Shown here one piece after another: positions 1-10,902 of a DNA stretch of 64,000 nucleotides. The translations under genes were made by a program, and so were the position numbers. Every line of letters starts with the position of its first letter. Position 1 is the stretch's first letter. The notes under the pieces are model-generated. The model searched no databases and was not told the origin of the DNA. It saw nothing but the letters and a program-made list of their open reading frames with translations. The DNA is taken from the NCBI RefSeq assembly GCF_006345805.1, contig NC_043004.1, positions 23,560,001 through 23,624,000 of the forward strand. The letters are read 5' to 3'. Source of the stretch: Octopus sinensis. Taxonomy: Eukaryota.

Positions 1-19
1 ATATACACACAAGTAAGTA

Positions 20-200
20 CATAAATGCAACACAAGGTGGAAAAAAATAGTACTCAACTACCAAGGGTAGAGTAATATGTTTTTAATAGAGCCGTAAAAA
101 TTTCACAAAACTGTTATTCAGTTTCACATTCCAGTTCGTTGGACAGTTGAAACTCTGAGTAACAGTTTTGTGAAAATGTTGCAGCTTTAATAAAAGTATA
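20..200. mobile_element. Older copy of the same Penelope-like fold-back family as 33455-33658
   Basis: It shares caaggtggaaa..agtactcaa.tacca..ggtagagtaatatg with the 33455 copy. Inverted arms lie at ~96-126 and ~148-180. The minus strand has a decayed hammerhead: AACUGU-CCAACGA-ACU GGAA UGU-GAAA...UA-ACAGUU. Confidence 0.55.
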
Positions 201-623
201 TGTGTGTGTGTGTGTGTGTTTATATATGACAGGCTTCTTTGGTTTCCATTGAACAAACCCTCTTACAATGCTTTGGTTTGTTCTAGGCTATAGTAAAAGA
301 TACTTGCCCTAGGAGTCATGCAGTGGGACTGAAACCAGAACCATATAATTGGAAAGAGATCATTTCTGAGATGACCACAGCAGCCTCTGACTTTTCAATG
401 ATATCCTGACTGGTTGAGATTAGTTGCTCAGCCATGTTGACAGATGGTGTAGTAAAAGAGAGCAAATTGCAATCTCTATGGACCAGACGCTGAAATATAA
501 TGGTTGGCAATTCTATTCTAATCAGTGCAGAATTCTTTCTTTGATTGTTGCTTAGAATGTTTCAGATGTGCGAGCAGTGAGCGCTTTCAGGACAGATTAC
601 CCAATAAAATCAGATAATATTTT

Positions 624-838
624 TATTTCTTTATTGCCCACAGAGGGAACAAACAAGGGAAGTCAAAGGGATTAAGTTGATTACATCGACCCCAGTGTGC
701 AACTGCTATTTATTTAATCGACCCTGAAAGGATGAAAGGCAGAGTCAACCTTGATGGAATTTGACCTCAGAACATAACGGCAGATGAAATACCGCTAAGC
801 ATTTCGTCCGGCATGCTAACGATTCTGCCAGCTCACCA
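624..838 (-). mobile_element. tRNA-derived SINE family B
   Basis: Homologous to the aaggcggcgagctggcagaa...gagttcaaattcc...ggggtcgat...agtaaagaaata family. Confidence 0.85.
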
Positions 839-1776
839 GCAAAATGTGTAACAGCATTTTGTCTGTCATTACATTCTGAGTTCAAAATCTGCTAAGGTTG
901 ACTTTGCTTTTCATCCTTTTGGAGTCAATAAAATAAGTACCAGTTGAACACTGGGATTGATGTAATTGACTTATCTGCTCCCCTGAACTTGCTAGGCTTG
1001 TGCCAAAAATTGGAAACCAATATTACAGTTACCTAACGCAGATAATCATTTCTGCACAGGGCAAAAGGCTTAGCAGCATTCTGTGTTTAGATTCTGCCAA
1101 GGTTGAGTTTACCTTTCTTCCCTTTGGGGTCGATAAAATAAGTACCAGTTGAGAACTGGGGTTGATTTAATTGACTAAGTCCCTCTCCTGAAATTGCTGG
1201 TCTTGTGCCAAAAATTTAATCCACAGTATTACAATTACCTCTTCAATTTTGCTGAGACTTGGTGTAAAGGAAGAATTTGGTGGTGGTTGTGTAGTGTTGG
1301 TGATTGTATGGTTGTGATATTGTTGGTGGTGAGTATGTGGAGTTGAAGATGGCGGCGTAGTGTTGGTGTTACTGGTGTTGTTACTGGTAGTAGTGCTGGT
1401 GGTGTGGATAATATCCTGCCTATCCCCCTGCCTCCAACCTGTCTGGCTGCTTGTTGGTTATGATGACGAGAATTCCAGGTGATATGATCAACTGATCAGC
1501 ATGCTCATGAAATTAATGTGCAAGTATCTAAGCATTTCACATATACTCTTAATGTAGTACTCAGGGAGATTCAGCATGATACACTGAATGTGACAAAGCT
1601 GGGCCTTTGAATTATAAGCACAATTCAATTTTGCCATCTGTGTGGACTGGAACAATGTAAAATAAAGTGCCTAGCTCAAGAATACAATAAGCTGTTGGGA
1701 ATTGAACTGATGACCTTACAACCATGAGCCATATACCCTAACCATTAAGCCATGTACCTTCATTTTGTGGATAATA

Positions 1777-2170
1777 GCAGCATGTGGCTATGTGGTGAGA
1801 AGCTTGCTTCCCAACCACATGGTTCTTGATTCAGTCCCACTGTGTGGTACCTTGGGCAGGTGTTTTCCACAGTAGCTGGCTGACCAAATACTTGTGAGTG
1901 GATTTGGCAGATGGAAACTGAAAGAAGCTTATCTTATATATATATGTATATATCTTTGTGTCTGTGTTCATCCCCCCATCACCACTTGATAATTGGTGTT
2001 GGTGTGTTTACATCCTTGTAACTTAGCAGTTCAGCAAAAGAGACTGGAAAAAATAAACACTAAGCTTAAAAAAAAGGACTGGGGTCAATTTCTTCAACTA
2101 AAATAACCCTTTAAGGCAGAGCTCCAGTATGGCCACAGTAAATGACTGAAACAAATAAAAGAATAAAAGA
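1777..2170 (+). mobile_element. SINE family A
   Basis: Homologous to 9091-9442. Confidence 0.85.
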
Positions 2171-3635
2171 ACAAAAACAATGGCATTAATAGTTCTTTAA
2201 TCCCAGGTCAACTTTAATCAAAAGTGTTCCAGTCGTGGCCACCCCATCTAGTGTATCTATAACTACTTCAACAAATGCCATCTTCCTTGTTTGCTTTAAA
2301 CAGTAACAGGGGTGTGTGTGTGTGGTTTGATCAAGATTTAGCTATTACGTCTAGTAGGTCAAGTGACCACATACACACTTTCTCATTGTCTCATTGGCAA
2401 GAGAAGTAACTACAGGAATAAGTTTGGTCATCAAATATTTTGTTATCAATGTCCAAATATTTTGATTTTCAATGACAACTGTTGAGTGACCATAGCAACA
2501 GTTGCTGCACTCGCATCATCATCGTCATCATCGTCATCATCTCAATCGTCATACATAAGCATAAATAAATAGTAGCCAACAAAGAAGCCTGTAACTGCCA
2601 GAAATAGCAATGAAATTACCCTTAAATCACACAGTACAGTCCTCAGAGAAGATGGATAAATTTTACAATATGGTCCTTAAAGTACATAGTGTGTAAAATG
2701 TAGATGGAGTGGTCATGGCAGGAATACTCTTGATCATAGCTTTGTTCAATTAGGTCTGTCCTAGGGCTGAACAACAAGAAACAGAAGCAGAAATTGATAA
2801 TAGTCATGTTAGTTGCTCAGTGTTATATTCTTGTTAGTTAGTTTTTCACAGACATTATCACCAGCATCAACATCACAACCCATGTGTCACTTCTACTAAC
2901 ATCATCAACACCACTACCATCCTCACCATCGATACTACCATCACTTCAACCACTCCTGTCGACACAATCTTCATCATCAAACTGACCAGATATAATTTTA
3001 TCTTAAACTCATTAGTACTACTAATTATAAAATTTGTTTTTTTTTTAGTTGGTTTGCATTTTTAGTTGGTTGCAAGGATTAAGTATAACTGTAGACACCA
3101 CAACCAACACCACTGCCACCACCACCACCACTATTGTTCTACATTCTTCCCTCATTATACAACACTGCTTCCCCATCATACATGCAATAGTGGTGTGTGG
3201 CTTGGTGGTTAGAGTGCTGGACCCATGATTGTAAAATAGTGGTTTGGATTCCTGGACCGGGCAATGTGTTGTGTTCTTGAGCAAAACTTTGCATTTCATG
3301 TGTATCCAGTTCACTCAACTGGCAAAAATGAGTAATCCTGCGACGGACCGGCATCCCATCCAGGTGGGGAATATTTATGCCATGTAACTGGGAAACTGGC
3401 CTTTATGAATTGATATGACATAAGGAAGGTAACTTTTTCCTATCATACGGGCAAACAATCTCTCTTCCTCTCTTACACAGTTCAGAATCTGTTCTGAACC
3501 ATCCATTAACCTCCTTTCATACCTTCGCATCTCAGAATCCCTCACTTCTCACTATCACTTACTCTGTCAAACCTCCTATCGTCTCCCTTTCTCTTTCACA
3601 CTGCTCTCTATTGCAAGATGCATGTCTGTGGGGTA

Positions 3636-3678
<43 letters not shown>

Positions 3679-3773
3679 ACAAACACACACACGGGAGTTG
3701 TACCAAAAGAAATGCAAGAGTAAGCTTGACTTTTTAACTAACAGGCACTGATGGAAATTGAAAGAAGCCCATC

Positions 3774-3827
<54 letters not shown>

Positions 3828-4138
3828 TTATGTGTGTGTGTCTGTGTTTGTTCCCCCTCTTGACAAGCGATGCTGGTCTATTTTTGTCCCCATAACTTAG
3901 CGGTTTGACAAAGGAGCTCAATAGAATAAATACTAGGCTTACAAAGAATAAGTCTTAAGGTTGATTTCTTTGACTAAAACTCTTTAAGGTGGTGCTCCAG
4001 CATGGCTGCAGTCAAATGACTGAAGCAAGTAAAAGAATAAAAGAAAAAATAATATGTCATTCAAATTGCATTTGTTGATAGAGTAATTCTTACTCTATGG
4101 TTATTCTTCTTCCTGTTCTTTTTCATTGAATGCAAATA

Positions 4139-4670
4139 ATGGATTCCAAGCAGAAGCTATGAGCCATCAATGAGTTCTTGATAAAGGAAGTAGCGCAGAC
4201 TGTCCAACATCCACAGAAGGCTATAGGTTGTTGACAGAGATGACACTATTTGGCAAGAGCAATGTGCACAGATAGGTGAGGAAGGTTAAAGAATGGTAAA
4301 AGAGCTTTGAATACAAACCATGTAATGAGAGATCATCAAGTGTGACCCGTGATAGAATCATAAGCGAGTGGATAAATCGATTTGTGTAAGCTGATGAATC
4401 ACAGTCCATGAGTTTACTGCACAGATGGACTGTGGTTACAATGTATTGCAAAAGCTGTCTGAAGGCTTCAGGTATGGGAATGTACCTCAGCAGTTGACAT
4501 CTGATTTAAAAGAGAAAAGGGCGGCAGCTTGCTCTGATTTGCTGGAAGTATTTGAAGCCAGAGCTTCTGATTTAGTGACAGAATATGAAATGTGAGTGTT
4601 TCTTTATGATCCAAAAATGAATCCTCAGTCCATGGAATGGTGCCATCCTCTTCTGCAAGGTGCACTTCAC
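4139..4670 (+). mobile_element. Mariner transposase pseudogene fragment
   Basis: MDSKQKL*AINEFLIKE..., VPQQLTSDLKEKRAAAC and QSMEW-like segments, with stops and frameshifts. Confidence 0.75.
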
Positions 4671-4716
4671 AGACACGTATAGGAGAGCATTAACTCTAAA
4701 TAAAGAACTGACTCAG

Positions 4717-5172
4717 ACCAGGTATGGCTGTATGGTAAGAAGCTTGCTTTTCAACTACATGGTTCTGGGTTCAGCCCCACTGCACTGCATTTTGGGCAAG
4801 GATCTTCTACAATAGCATCGGGCCAACAAAATCCTTGTGAGTGGATGTGGTAGACAGAGACTGAAAGAGGCCCATTGTATATATACATACATATATATAA
4901 TATATATATATATATATATCTACATGTGTGTGTGTTTGTGTCAGTGTTTGTACCCCACCACCACCACCGCCACCACTTGACAACTGGTGTTGGTGTGTTT
5001 ACATCCCTAAAACTTAGCATTTCAGCAAAAAAGAGATTGATAGAACAGATACCCAACTCTGAAAAATTATAAGCACTGGGGTTGATTCCTTTGACTAATA
5101 TTTCTTCAAGACAGTGCCCCAGCATGGCCACAGATTGATGACTGAAACAAGTAAAAGATAAATGATAAAGAT
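4717..5172 (+). mobile_element. SINE family A
   Basis: Homologous to 9091-9442. Confidence 0.85.
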
Positions 5173-5299
5173 AACAATCTATCCACAGTTCCACTGTGCA
5201 GCACCTTGGGCAAGTGTATTCCACTGTATCCCTGGACTAACTAAAGCCTTGTGAATGGAATTGGCCAATAGAAACTGAAGGAAGCCCATCACATAATTA

Positions 5300-5498
5300 C
5301 GTGGGGGTGCTGAAAAGTTCCTGGTTTTAAGGGTATCACAAAAGGCCTGGCTGGAAGCTCAACCTTAGAAGTTCTTCGAAGGACTGCTGCAATAACTGTG
5401 TGAATCTGAGAGGGGAATATGTTGAATAAAATTGTACTTAGCTCATCCTCCTGTATTTTATTTTACCCAAAGCCAAGAACTTTTCAACACTCCCTTTG
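5300..5498 (+). mobile_element. Mariner internal-deletion derivative (MITE)
   Basis: ~29-bp imperfect TIRs (cgtgggggtgctgaaaagttcctggtttt / aaagccaagaacttttcaacactccctttg) are flanked by TA. It retains the transposase C-terminus NCVNLRGEYVE*. Confidence 0.8.
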
Positions 5499-6269
5499 TA
5501 TATGCCTGTGTGTTTTGTGTGTATCCTTGTTTAGGTATAATGTAATAATAGCAAATGAGCATGGTCAGTATATAAGGAAAGTTGCGTTTCCAGTCTTCCA
5601 TGTAAAACATGTCTAGTTATGGGAAAATATTACTTTGTTTGGAAACAGGCTGGCAACAGAAATGGCATTCAGTCAGAGCAAACCTTCAGCAAACTCTGTC
5701 CAGCCCTTACAAGTATGGAAAAGTTGACATTAAAACAATGACATTTATAGTTAATGTGATATGCAATGGCTGCGAGGTTAAGCTTATGTTCATAAATTTA
5801 GATTTTATTAATGGAAGTGTATTTTATTTTTGAACAAGAGACATTATTTCACATACTGTAGTTTGCCTGACAAAAAACATGTTCAACTCCCAGTAGCATG
5901 TTGCTGATATATTTATCAGTATCCATTGGGCTATAAAAAAACACTATAACCAATATGCTCCCACCCATGACAGCACAGAAAAATGGACAAAAAAAAAATG
6001 AGATGTATATGTATATAGATATACATTCATCATCATCATCCACTTGCTTTTCCATGCTAGCATAAGTCGGATTATTTTTCTGAGATTGTTTTTACAGCTG
6101 AATGCCCTTCCTGTTACTAATCCTTTGCATCACTCCTTGTGACATAAGCGGATATGGTGTTCCTAGAGCTATTTGTACAATACACCCAGTGCAGCTTGTT
6201 GCATGGTTGGGCTGTTGGCAACTAAACAAGCCACCTTGCAAAGCTTGCTTGGTTGACTGGTTTTCATTG

Positions 6270-6350
6270 GTAACATATCCATTAAACCTTAAGAAGGTCT
6301 TACAGATTTTATATTCCCAGATATTGTGATCATTTGCAGCATATGAATTA
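6270..6350 (-). mobile_element. Short related RLE C-terminal fragment
   Basis: LQMITISGNIKICKTFLRF. Confidence 0.4.
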
Positions 6351-6619
6351 AGGATTTGCATTTTCTCCCCAAGACCCCATTTCAGACATACTTTGCTCCA
6401 GACAGGTTGCTATGTATTCTGTCACTCTAATAATAATGTGTATGAAACTGAAAGTGCATCTTGGGTACTGGATCTGCAAACTCTTTGTCAATGGTCTTTT
6501 GAGAAGTTAAAAAATAAACACAATCCTTTGTTAATAAATTGTAATAAAACAAAAATACATTACATTCTGGTCATTAGATGTCCTCATTCACTTGTATATT
6601 TCTAACCATATTGTACATA

Positions 6620-7047
6620 CGTAGGTATGTATGTATGTATGTATGTATGTATGTATGTATGTATGTATGTATGTATGCAAGTATGTATGTATACAAGTAT
6701 GTATGTATGTATGTATGCAAGTATGTACGTATGTATGTATGTATGTATGTATGTATGTACGTATGTATGTATGTATGTATGTATGTATGTATGTATGTAG
6801 TATGTATGTATGTATGCAAGTATGTATGTATGTGTGTATGTATGTATGTATGTATGTATGTATGTACGTATATATGTATGTATGTATGTATGTATGCAAG
6901 TATGTATCCATGCAAGTATGTATGTATGTATGTATGTATGCAAATATGTATGTATGTATGTATGTATGTATGTGTGTATGTATGTATGTATGTATGTATG
7001 TATGTATGTATGTATGTATGTATGCATGTATGCATGCATGCATGTAT
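6620..7047. repeat. (ATGT)n microsatellite, ~430 bp
   Basis: Seen directly. It generates six spurious ORFs. Confidence 0.98.
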
Positions 7048-7417
7048 GAACGAATGAGTGAATGAATGAATGATTTGTGTATTATTCATATCATATCAAT
7101 ACTTCAAGTTAAAATTTAGAATTAATTCCAGTGCGACACCATCCGAAGATCATTGATAGCAACAATTTTGAACAATAATACCTGAAAACTTTTCAGTAAA
7201 TATAAACATATAACAACATATTTAAACATGTGCATGAGTGTAAACACAGACATGAGCACTGTATACAATAATTTCATTATTATTATTATATGTATACACA
7301 GACATACATACACATACACATTCACACATATGTATTTGTGATAATAATTTTTCAGATTATTTACATCAGTTGCAAAGTGGATGAGTGTTACTACCTTTAG
7401 GTTGAAATCCAGTTCAT

Positions 7418-7483
<66 letters not shown>

Positions 7484-7630
7484 GTTCAGGAATAAGATAC
7501 CCAATGACAATTGTTGACCAAACCATTTGCTGCATGGTTATGATGTAAATACTAAAAAAAAATGTCTTATATCTAAAGTTGATGTTAGTTATGATGAAAA
7601 ATTATAATTTTGTATACACTGACTAATCTC

Positions 7631-7661
<31 letters not shown>

Positions 7662-7667
7662 AGACCA

Positions 7668-7699
7668 TGTCATCTTGAGCATGGCTCTTCATCAGAAAG
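7668..7699 (-). ncRNA. Decayed hammerhead remnant (GAGC/GCUC stem II family)
   Basis: CUGAUGA-A-GAGC CAU GCUC-AAGA. The core and stem II are intact, but GAAA has mutated, so it is probably inactive. Confidence 0.4.
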
Positions 7700-7883
7700 A
7701 GGAAAGAAGTGTGTGTGTGTGTGTGTGCATTTATACGTATAATTTCAAACATGTTAACAGAAAGGAGAAAAAAAGTGTATTCAGTATTAAAATAAAGCAA
7801 TATATCTCATTGGCAGATGAAACTGAGCACCTGAGCACTGTATACAATAATTTTATTATTATTATATTATTATTATTATTATT

Positions 7884-8416
7884 GAGTGAGAGAGCAGTGC
7901 ATGCCATCAAAGTGACACTGGGGTAAAATATACGAAGCCCAATATACCCATCATGACTACCCGTCTGATAAGGGTACACCAGGCACATGCATCACAACCA
8001 TATGTGCGCGACATGGTGATCTCATATCAAGATAAACAGCACAGGACCTTGCAGGTGGGGCCCAGTTAGAATTTTCTTCAGGTTGAGTAGCCCATCCCGC
8101 ACAAAAGGTCCCTGAATAAGGGTTGTTTAAGGATGTTGAAAGAACCACCCATGTTTCCAGAGGTGAATTATTCAAACCCCAAAGAATCCCTCTCAACACA
8201 TGGCTATGATGCTCCCACACTACTTCTGCTCGTGATCAGAGATGCACATATCGTCAGCCACTAAGGGACATGCTCAACTGGTTAAGGTCAAACAACTGAC
8301 AAGCAAATCTGTGGTATTGAGCAGAATATTTGCTGTAGCCCATCTTTTATACCAAGACAAAACAATGTACATGATAACACTTCCAATCAGTTAAGATCAG
8401 AAGCCATGAGAGCCAC

Positions 8417-8417
<1 letters not shown>
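7884..8417. mobile_element. 534-bp non-coding interspersed element bounded by (TAT)n on both sides
   Basis: A GC-richer block with sharp edges against (TAT)n tracts at 7855-7883 and 8418-8470. It resembles a common octopus repeat I recall (not verified). Confidence 0.55.
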
Positions 8418-8475
<58 letters not shown>

Positions 8476-8717
8476 CATTATTGTGATATTTTTTCTTCTA
8501 ATGTTTGTCTATATAAAAATGATTTGTTACATATTTCCACAAAGAAACAACAAACTAACAAATTTTGTTGTTGTTATTCACACCACATATGTTAACCTCA
8601 ATTATTATGTTATGTTTAGTGTGTTTATGTTGTATTTAATCAACAACAATATTCTCCTTTACACTCTCTCTCTCTTTCACTCACACATAAAACACAAATA
8701 TAGTAAACAAGACATAC

Positions 8718-8879
8718 CTCGGGGACTCATTTCATTGCGGTTTGGATGAAAGTGAAAGACACCATTTCTATAGATGATTTCTTGACATATAATGCTCCAG
8801 CTGTAGACATCACCCTTGGCTGAGCCTCCGAATGGTCGATTTTGCATCCTCAATAATTCTGGAGCTGTCCACAGTAGTC
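8718..8879 (-). CDS. NPR1-like: Receptor guanylyl cyclase KHD exon, 162 nt, phase 1/1: (R)[53 protein letters not shown](E)
   Basis: tttttctgtctttccag|GA CTA CTG TGG...CCC CGA G|gtatgt. The split codon A+GA=Arg fits the upstream exon. LWTAPELLR and GDVYS motifs are present. This exon is absent from the supplied ORF track. Confidence 0.96.
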
Positions 8880-9052
8880 CTGGAAAGACAGAAAAACAAA
8901 CACTGATGTTAGTGAGAGGTGACAGTTTGAAGATTCAACGAAAGACTAAGTAAAGTTGATATATTTTAGAGATGTTGGTGATGTTAGTAGTAGTTGTTAT
9001 GTGGCCCAAGGTTACCTTAGATCAAATAGACTGAGGTCATATTCTAACTGGC

Positions 9053-9090
<38 letters not shown>

Positions 9091-9092
<2 letters not shown>

Positions 9093-9442
9093 CGCAGGAG
9101 TGGCTGTGTGGTAAGTAGCTTGCTTACCAACCACATGGTTCCGGTGTCTTCTACTATGGCCTCGGGTCGGCCAAAGCCTTGTGAGTGGATTTGGTAGACA
9201 GAAACTAAAAGAAGCCCGTCGTATATATGTATATGTATATATATGTGTGTGTGTTTGTCCCCCCAGCATCGCTTGACAACCGATGGTGGTGTGTTTACGT
9301 CCCCGTAACTTTGCGGTTCGGCAAAAGAGACCGATAGATTAAGTACTAGGCTTACAAAGAATAAGTCCCAGGGTCGATTTGTTCGACTAAAGGTGGTGCT
9401 CCAGCATGGTCACAGTCACATGACTGAAACAAGTAAAAGAGT
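9091..9442 (+). mobile_element. tRNA-derived SINE family A (internal microsatellite), with an internal deletion
   Basis: Head ggcgcaggagtggctgtgtggtaag; tail gactgaaacaagtaaaaga. At least 15 homologous copies occur in the window. Confidence 0.9.
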
Positions 9443-9611
9443 ATATATATATATATATATATATATATACAACTTATAAACAAAGGCAAGAGAAAAGATT
9501 CCAATGCCAAATATGCCGAAAATAGACTTAATTGTCAATAACCATATAATTTATCACTATAAGCACACATCTCGAAGGCAAGCCAACAGAAATTTCTAAA
9601 AAATTTAGTTA

Positions 9612-9673
9612 TTATCAAATCGGCCCCAATTTCTGAGTTAATTCATTTAGAATTTTCTCATCATCAGTGATAA
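9612..9673 (-). ncRNA. Type-I hammerhead ribozyme motif with complete topology, intronic, on the sense strand of the host gene
   Basis: UUAUCA-CUGAUGA-UGAG AA AAUUC UAAAU GAAUU AA CUCA-GAAA-UUG GGGC CGA-U-U/UGAUAA. Stem I has 6 bp, stem II 4+5 bp and stem III 4 bp. All invariant core bases are present. Confidence 0.72.
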
Positions 9674-9730
9674 ATACGATAAGAAAATAAATGAGATACT
9701 TACTTGTACTCATATATATGTATATATGTA

Positions 9731-9805
<75 letters not shown>

Positions 9806-9900
9806 TATATATACACACACACACATATATATATGCATAAAACCAACAACTACATTATATTATACACACACACACTCACACACATACATATTCATTTTAT

Positions 9901-10124
9901 TTTTATTCTTTTATTTGTTTCTGTCATTTGACTGAGGCCATACTAGAGCACCACATTTAGGCAAACAAATTGACTCCAGGACTTATTCCTTGTAAGCCTA
10001 GTACTTATTCTATTGGTCTCTTTTGTTGAACTGCTGAAGTTACGGGGATGTAAACATACCAACATTGGTTGTCAAGTGATGGTGAGGGGACAAACACAGA
10101 CATACATACACACACGCACACACA

Positions 10125-10177
<53 letters not shown>

Positions 10178-10320
10178 CACACACACACACGATAGGCTTC
10201 TTTCAGTTTCTGTCTACCAAATCCACTCACAAGGCTTTGCTTGGTCCAAGGTTATAAGTAGAAGACACTTGCATAAAGTGCTACACTGTAGGATGAGAAC
10301 CCAGTACCATGGGACTGGTA
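9901..10320 (-). mobile_element. SINE family A
   Basis: Reverse-complement copy with a (CA)n core. Confidence 0.85.
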
Positions 10321-10682
10321 ATATATATATATATATTTGCATTTCGATTTGATATACATGTGTGCCATGTGGAACTGTGTCACAGACTATATTTTCAGGC
10401 TGTTATTATAAAAGTCATTTGTTTTTGTAGAAAGAATGTGGTTCAGAACTTTTTCAGTTAATATATGGATTGAATGGCTAAGGTTGGTTACGTGGTGCAG
10501 TAAGGGAATTTTCAATCAATTTTCCACTACATTCATGTGTGAAGATCACCCGTGCAAGAAGGTCACATGAAAGCTTTTATCTAGTGGAAATTAAAATAGT
10601 AGTTATTTAGACAAGACAAAAATGTCTATTGCTGAATCCATTTCATAATTTGATTTCAGCTTACAATGCCGTATTTACTTAA

Positions 10683-10902
10683 CCATTTAGCATTCAGATT
10701 AATCTGTCAAATGTAATGCTTATTCGTTCACATTATTTTGAATTAATCATGCATTATGTCATAGCTTCAAGATTCTGATGATGCGGTTGCTTATTTTTAG
10801 AATGACTTTGTAGGGCATGTGTGGGATGGTCAAGCTGGCTGGTTTAAACACAAAACCGGTAGAATATTTGAGCCAGATATGGCCAGTTTAAATGCTAAAC
10901 GG
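10683..10902. mobile_element. piggyBac-like MITE
   Basis: TTAA at 10679-10682 and 10903-10906; 12-bp TIRs ccatttagcatt / aatgctaaacgg. Confidence 0.75.

Noticed and set aside
6574-7089. Long ORFs such as (YVCM)n, (HTYI)n, poly-I/Y/N and (RE)n here and at 22.3, 25.1, 34.2, 39.3, 40.1, 44.3, 51 and 63 kb
   Set aside because: These are translations of microsatellites that lack stop codons. There is no coding evidence.
7120-7185. Possible next GC exon (tttcag|GT ATT ATT GTT...)
   Set aside because: The required frame stops after 10 codons and lacks the expected FRP...CW motifs.
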